Source: Puniceicoccaceae bacterium
GTDB taxonomy: Bacteria > Verrucomicrobiota > Verrucomicrobiia > Opitutales > Oceanipulchritudinaceae
NCBI GenBank assembly: GCA_040830765.1
Contig: JBFOMH010000004.1
Location: forward strand, 192,001 to 256,000
Direction: 5' to 3'
DNA length: 64,000 bases
The position numbers and the translations under genes are program-made. Of this stretch, positions 59,505-64,000 are shown piece after piece. The notes beneath the pieces are model-generated. The model did not search any database and was not told the origin of the DNA. It saw nothing but the letters and a program-made list of their open reading frames with translations. Each line of letters opens with the position of its first letter. The first letter of the stretch is position 1.

Positions 59505-61037
59505 ATGGAAACCGGCCTCCTCCTACAAGCCTTCTTCTTCGGGTTCATCCTTGCGGGTGGTGTGACCCTTTTGCTGCATCTCCGATTCAAGGAACAGCGC
59601 AAGGCACAGCTGGAGGAGCGCTGCCAACTCGCCGAGAGGGCCAAGCAACTGGAGTTGGAGGAGCAGTCAAAACGGTTGCAATTGGACCACGAGAAACGCC
59701 TCGCGCAGCTGGAGCAGGACTTCAAGGAGCGGGAAATCGAGCTCCGGGGACGCGAAGACGAGGCGGTCTCGGCCCTTCTGAACATCGAGAAAGACCGGGA
59801 GACGCTCGAACGTCGCCGCGGTGACCTTGAAGAACAATTTGAAAAATTCGAGAAAACCCGGGACCAGCACCGGGAGCTGATTTCCGAATATCGTGCCCGC
59901 CTGCAGGAAATTGGACAAATGTCCACGGAGACGGCCAAGGAGCAGTTGCTGGGTTTGGCTCGCCGGGAATGTGAGGACGAGATCCGGGCCATGAAGGAGG
60001 ATATGCTGGGTCGCTCCGAGAAGGAATTCGAGGAGGAGGCACGAAAGACCCTTATCGCCTGCATGCAGCGCTTGAGCGCGTCTCCGCATGAGGATATTAC
60101 CGCCACAACCGTAACCCTTCCCAACGAGGAGATGAAGGGCCGGATCATCGGCAGGGAGGGGCGCAATATCAAGTCCTTCGAATCAATGACGGGGACGACC
60201 CTGCTTATTGATGAAACGCCTGACAGTGTCCTCATATCATCCTTTGATCCCGTTCGCCGTGAAACTGCCCGCCTGGCCTTGGAATCCCTCGTCAAGGACG
60301 GCCGGATTCATCCCAGCAGCATCGAGGAAGCGGTGCGGCGGGCCGAAGAGGAAGTGAAGCAAAGCGTTGTCGACAGCGGGGAGGATGCCTTGCGGCGGTT
60401 GCGGCTGAGCCGGATGCATCCGGAAGTCGTGGCCAACCTTGGTCGTTTGCGTTTCCGCCTTTCCAACAACCAGAATTCCCTCGAGCACTCCCTGGAGGTA
60501 GCCAATCTCTGCTCTTTAATGGCTTCCGAGTTGAGTCTGGACACCACTATCGCCAAGCGGTGCGGATTGCTCCACGATATCGGGAAGGTCCTTGACCAGG
60601 ACCATGAGGGCAGCCATGCCCTGGCCGGGTCCTATTTCCTCAAGCGACTAGGGAACGAAGATCCCCGCGTTATCAACGCGGTCGCTGGCCACCATGGAGA
60701 AGTACCGGCCGAGAGCCCCTACGTTGCTTTGGTCATGGTGGCGGACAGTGTCAGTGCGATGCGTCCCGGTGTGCGGGCTGACAGCCTTGACGGATACCTG
60801 CAGCGGGTCCGCAGCCTGGAGGAGATTGCCTCCTCCATTGAGGGAGTAACCGAGGCCTATGCCATCCAGGCTGGCCGGGAGATCCGGGTCATTGTCTGCC
60901 CCAAGAAAGTCTCCGAGCCGGATGCCGCGCTCCTGGCGCGCAAGATCCGTCGCAAGATTGAGGATGAGCTGCAGTATCCCGGGACAATCAAGGTCACCGT
61001 TGTCCGCGAAAACCGCTTTGAAGAGACAGCCAAGTAG
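59505..61037 (+). CDS. rny: Ribonuclease Y
   Basis: N-term TM + coiled coil, KH motif MKGRIIGREGRNI, HD motif LLHDIGK, AIQAGREIRV. Confidence 0.96.
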   Translation: METGLLLQAFFFGFILAGGVTLLLHLRFKEQRKAQLEERCQLAERAKQLELEEQSKRLQLDHEKRLAQLEQDFKEREIELRGREDEAVSALLNIEKDRETLERRRGDLEEQFEKFEKTRDQHRELISEYRARLQEIGQMSTETAKEQLLGLARRECEDEIRAMKEDMLGRSEKEFEEEARKTLIACMQRLSASPHEDITATTVTLPNEEMKGRIIGREGRNIKSFESMTGTTLLIDETPDSVLISSFDPVRRETARLALESLVKDGRIHPSSIEEAVRRAEEEVKQSVVDSGEDALRRLRLSRMHPEVVANLGRLRFRLSNNQNSLEHSLEVANLCSLMASELSLDTTIAKRCGLLHDIGKVLDQDHEGSHALAGSYFLKRLGNEDPRVINAVAGHHGEVPAESPYVALVMVADSVSAMRPGVRADSLDGYLQRVRSLEEIASSIEGVTEAYAIQAGREIRVIVCPKKVSEPDAALLARKIRRKIEDELQYPGTIKVTVVRENRFEETAK

Positions 61038-61103
61038 GGCAGTGCCTGAATTTGACCATTATTAGGGCCTGCTAAGGCCGTATCACGGACTTTTGCTTGT
61101 GGG

Positions 61104-61514
61104 ATGAAACGGTCCCGCAAGCATACCGAAGAGCCTTTCCAGATGGCGCCGATGATCGACATGGTGTTCTTGCTTTTGGTCTTTTTCATGACGGTCAGCA
61201 CCTTGGCTAAGGATGCGCGTCCGGACATTCTTTTGCCGGAATCGGTGACTGCAGAGGTACCGGATGAAATCCCTCCAAGGGACATAGTCACGGTAATGCC
61301 AAAGGGCGAGGGCTATCAGTTTCATTGGCACAATCGCGCAGTCACTGAGACAGAATTGTCCGGGCTCCTCATGGATGCCGCGAAGCAAAGTGCCGGGCCG
61401 CAGCTGCTTCTGCGCGGCCCACCTGAGCTTCCGTGGTCGGCGTGGCAGGTGGTCATCGAACACTGCCGCGAGGCCGGAATCTCCGATCTGATCTTTGCCA
61501 CTCATGAATCCTGA
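61104..61514 (+). CDS. exbD: ExbD/TolR family protein
   Basis: MAPMIDMVFLLLVFFM. Confidence 0.88.
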   Translation: MKRSRKHTEEPFQMAPMIDMVFLLLVFFMTVSTLAKDARPDILLPESVTAEVPDEIPPRDIVTVMPKGEGYQFHWHNRAVTETELSGLLMDAAKQSAGPQLLLRGPPELPWSAWQVVIEHCREAGISDLIFATHES

Positions 61515-61523
61515 ACTTCCGTC

Positions 61524-61940
61524 ATGCGCCGCCGCCTAACTGACCGTCCCGAGATCCCCATTGCCCCGATGATCGACTGCGTTTTCCTGATGCTGGTCTA
61601 CTTCATGACGACCAGCTCACTCGAGAAATCGGAGGCGGACCTTGCCTTCCCGGCAGGTCAGGCTGGGATACCGGCGGATCCGCTGCCCGCTGTTGATGAA
61701 CAACGTCTGCTCGTGCAGTCTGGCGGTCAACTTATGTGGAATGGGACGACCTATGGGTTGGATTCTTCCGGCAGGGCGCTGCTTGAGCAACGTCTGGTCC
61801 TTTTTCGTGACACCTGCCTTCAGGCTGGCTCGGAACCTTCTCTAAGAGTTGAACCGGATGACGCCGTTAACCATCAGGAGTTGGTGGCCCTGCTGGATGC
61901 CATCACACGGTCAGAGATCGAGACGATTCACTTTCCCTGA
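61524..61940 (+). CDS. exbD: ExbD/TolR family protein
   Basis: IAPMIDCVFLMLVYFM. Confidence 0.88.
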   Translation: MRRRLTDRPEIPIAPMIDCVFLMLVYFMTTSSLEKSEADLAFPAGQAGIPADPLPAVDEQRLLVQSGGQLMWNGTTYGLDSSGRALLEQRLVLFRDTCLQAGSEPSLRVEPDDAVNHQELVALLDAITRSEIETIHFP

Positions 61941-61946
61941 CCAGGC

Positions 61947-62582
61947 TCAAATCTCCACCAGGCCCTGCTGGATGGCGAAGCGCGTCAACCCCGCGACATC
62001 GTGGATATCGAGCTTGCTCATGACATTTGTCCGGTGGGTATCGGCCGTCTTGACGCTGATATCCAGCTTGGCCGCAACTTCCTTGGTTGTATGGCCTTCC
62101 GCCACCAACTGCAGGATCTCCCGCTCCCGTGGAGTCAGTTTGTCCAGGGAGCCCGTGACTTCAGGATTCAACATGATGTCCCGAAGTATCTCCAGGACCT
62201 GACCACTCATGTAGGCTTCCCCAGCCATGACACGCTTGATACCTTCCTCCAGTTCCTCGATGGTCGCACTCTTGTGGACAATCCCGTTGGCGCCGGCTTT
62301 GAGGGCGGCCTGGACCCGTTCCCGGGTGGAATATCCGGAAAACACCATCAGCTTGCATCTGGGTAAGAACTTCCTCAGCTGACGGATGATCTCCAGGCCA
62401 TTGAGGCTGGGCACCATGATGTCAACGATGACCAGGTCCGGCCGGAGCTCCTTGCACTCCTTGAGGGCCTCGAGGCCATCCCCGCAATGCCCGGCAAGTT
62501 GAAAGTCCTTCAATTCATCAACCAGGCGGCAAACCAGCTCGCGCAGGATATTCTGGTCCTCAATAACGTATACGGAGTGCAT
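61947..62582 (-). CDS. NarL/LuxR-family response regulator
   Basis: REC domain (IEDQ, VDIMVP) plus LTPREREIL...ISVKTADTHR HTH. Confidence 0.95.
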   Translation of the reverse strand: MHSVYVIEDQNILRELVCRLVDELKDFQLAGHCGDGLEALKECKELRPDLVIVDIMVPSLNGLEIIRQLRKFLPRCKLMVFSGYSTRERVQAALKAGANGIVHKSATIEELEEGIKRVMAGEAYMSGQVLEILRDIMLNPEVTGSLDKLTPREREILQLVAEGHTTKEVAAKLDISVKTADTHRTNVMSKLDIHDVAGLTRFAIQQGLVEI

Positions 62583-62606
62583 GGAAATAGGATTTGTTAT
62601 TCGTGT

Positions 62607-63209
62607 TCAGTTGGCCTTCAGGGAAAGGTAATATGCCCGCAGGGCTTTGTAATCGTCCTCCCGCGAGCCGCTGGTAATCACATGGTCAAATTCGTCGATG
62701 GCTGCCAACTCCGCCCGGGCGGTGTCCAGGCGGCGCTCGATCTCAGCGTCGTCGTCAGCGCCGCGGGCAATCAGTCGTTCCCGTAATTGCTGCATGGACT
62801 TCGGGCGGATGAAGATACATCGGACTTTGCCGGCAAGGGCAGCATTACGGGATTGTTCCTCCCGGAAGGACTTGGCCCCCTGGACATCGATATTGAGGAG
62901 TATATCCTTCTGCTCCTTCAGGATGGATTCGATGTGCTTTCTTTGTGAGCCATAGAAGCGGCCATGGACCATGGCCCACTCAATAAAGGCTCCTTCCTGT
63001 ATTAATTTTTCGAATACATCTGGATCAAGGAAGTGGTAGTCCACGCCGTTGACCTCACCGGGCCGGGGTTCCCGGCTGGTTGTCGTTACCTGGCGCTGGA
63101 TCTCATCCGGAAATTCTTCCAGGAGGCGATCGCAGAGCGTGGTTTTTCCCGAGCCCGCAGGGCCGCAGATAATAAGGACAAGGTTGGTAGGGTGGAGTTG
63201 TCCGCTCAT
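62607..63209 (-). CDS. gmk: Guanylate kinase
   Basis: GPAGSGKT, TSREPRPGEVNGVDYHF, NIDVQGA. Confidence 0.96.
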   Translation of the reverse strand: MSGQLHPTNLVLIICGPAGSGKTTLCDRLLEEFPDEIQRQVTTTSREPRPGEVNGVDYHFLDPDVFEKLIQEGAFIEWAMVHGRFYGSQRKHIESILKEQKDILLNIDVQGAKSFREEQSRNAALAGKVRCIFIRPKSMQQLRERLIARGADDDAEIERRLDTARAELAAIDEFDHVITSGSREDDYKALRAYYLSLKAN

Positions 63210-63220
63210 CGGATGACAAG

Positions 63221-64000
63221 TCAGAGGTCCATGTCCATGAGTATTTCACGTGGGCTGGAACCGTTTTCCGGCCCAACCATTCCCTCGGCCTCGAGGATTT
63301 CCATAATCCGGGCCGCGCGATTGTAGCCTATTTTCAGACGGCGTTGGAGCATCGACGTCGAGGCCCGCTTGCTGTTTCGTATGACCTCGATGGCATCGGG
63401 AACCAGTTCGTCATCCCATTCGCCGTCCACTCCGCCCTGGGCTTCCTCCGGGGAATCGATATTCTTCTGGAAGTGCGAGTCAAACTCCGGTTCGCCATTG
63501 ATATCCCGGATGTGGTGGACGATGCCCGTGATTTCATCATCTCCGACAAAGGCCCCTTGGGCACGAACAAGATCCGCCGAGCCGGGCGGGAGGAACAGCA
63601 TGTCCCCTTTACCGATAAGGTGGTCGGCCCCCATGGTATCGAGAATCGTCCGCGAGTCCACCTTGGAAGCCACCTTGAAGGAAATACGGCTGGGAAGATT
63701 GGCCTTGATGACCCCGGTGATGACGTTCACGGAAGGTCGCTGGGTGGCAAGGATGAGATGGATTCCGGCGGCACGGGCCAACTGGGCCAGGCGGGCAATA
63801 CCGGTCTCAATATCGGCCGGGGCGACCATCATGAGGTCGGCCAGCTCATCGACGATGACGACAATGTAGGGCAACTTGGTCGGGGCCTCGTTGAGGGCGT
63901 CGGGATCCCGGGGCACCTCGATGGAGGCGGCGGCAGCCCGTTCTTCCGGAGTCAATTCAGCATCCATGGCAGCGGCCCGCTCCTCGGCTTCGGCAGCCTC
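63221..64000 (-). CDS. ftsK: DNA translocase FtsK, C-terminal part (5'-truncated by window edge)
   Basis: IVDELADLM, LATQRPS, DSRTILD, gamma domain STSMLQRRLKIGYNRAAR. Confidence 0.96.
   Translation of the reverse strand, partial: EAAEAEERAAAMDAELTPEERAAAASIEVPRDPDALNEAPTKLPYIVVIVDELADLMMVAPADIETGIARLAQLARAAGIHLILATQRPSVNVITGVIKANLPSRISFKVASKVDSRTILDTMGADHLIGKGDMLFLPPGSADLVRAQGAFVGDDEITGIVHHIRDINGEPEFDSHFQKNIDSPEEAQGGVDGEWDDELVPDAIEVIRNSKRASTSMLQRRLKIGYNRAARIMEILEAEGMVGPENGSSPREILMDMDL

Noticed and set aside
56647..60295. Long - strand ORFs (273, 321, 278, 286 aa)
   Set aside because: Antisense shadows of sdhA, sdhB and rny

Overview
GC-rich, gene-dense bacterial chromosomal window, most likely from Verrucomicrobiota/Opitutia. 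That assignment is inferred from the gene types: fused E1a-E1b-E2 oxoacid dehydrogenase, TIGR03790-like protein, three-subunit sdhCAB and a Verrucomicrobia-style C-terminal domain on a secreted cytochrome. Layout: (1) 1-11.3 kb: hybrid kinase, MurQ/GKRP-like SIS protein, an overlapping operon of nucleosidase-like + spore-photoproduct-lyase-like radical SAM + degenerate SDR with histone-H1-like tail + ACT protein, then grpE-dnaJ-purN-prmA, a thioesterase and a DASS transporter. (2) tRNA-Gly(TCC) at 11411-11484 followed by an accessory block to about 21.1 kb. It starts with a one-gene islet bounded by a duplicated tRNA 3' end, then has an AAA ATPase, a PfkB kinase, a six-heme cytochrome, secreted proteins and a structured intergenic region. 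(3) 21-31.7 kb: housekeeping genes. (4) 31.7-46.4 kb: surface-glycan locus with many GT2/GT4 genes, wzm, an SPT-like PLP enzyme and a HAD-like protein. (5) gatCAB, a Str2-like PLP transferase, lysA, further GT/SDR genes, sdhCAB, rny, an exbD pair, a NarL-type regulator, gmk and partial ftsK. No CRISPR array, rRNA, transposase or integrase was seen. Best candidate for an undescribed system: the SPL-like / nucleosidase / pseudo-SDR-histone-like operon at 2495-5935. All family calls are from motif recognition by eye, not database searches.
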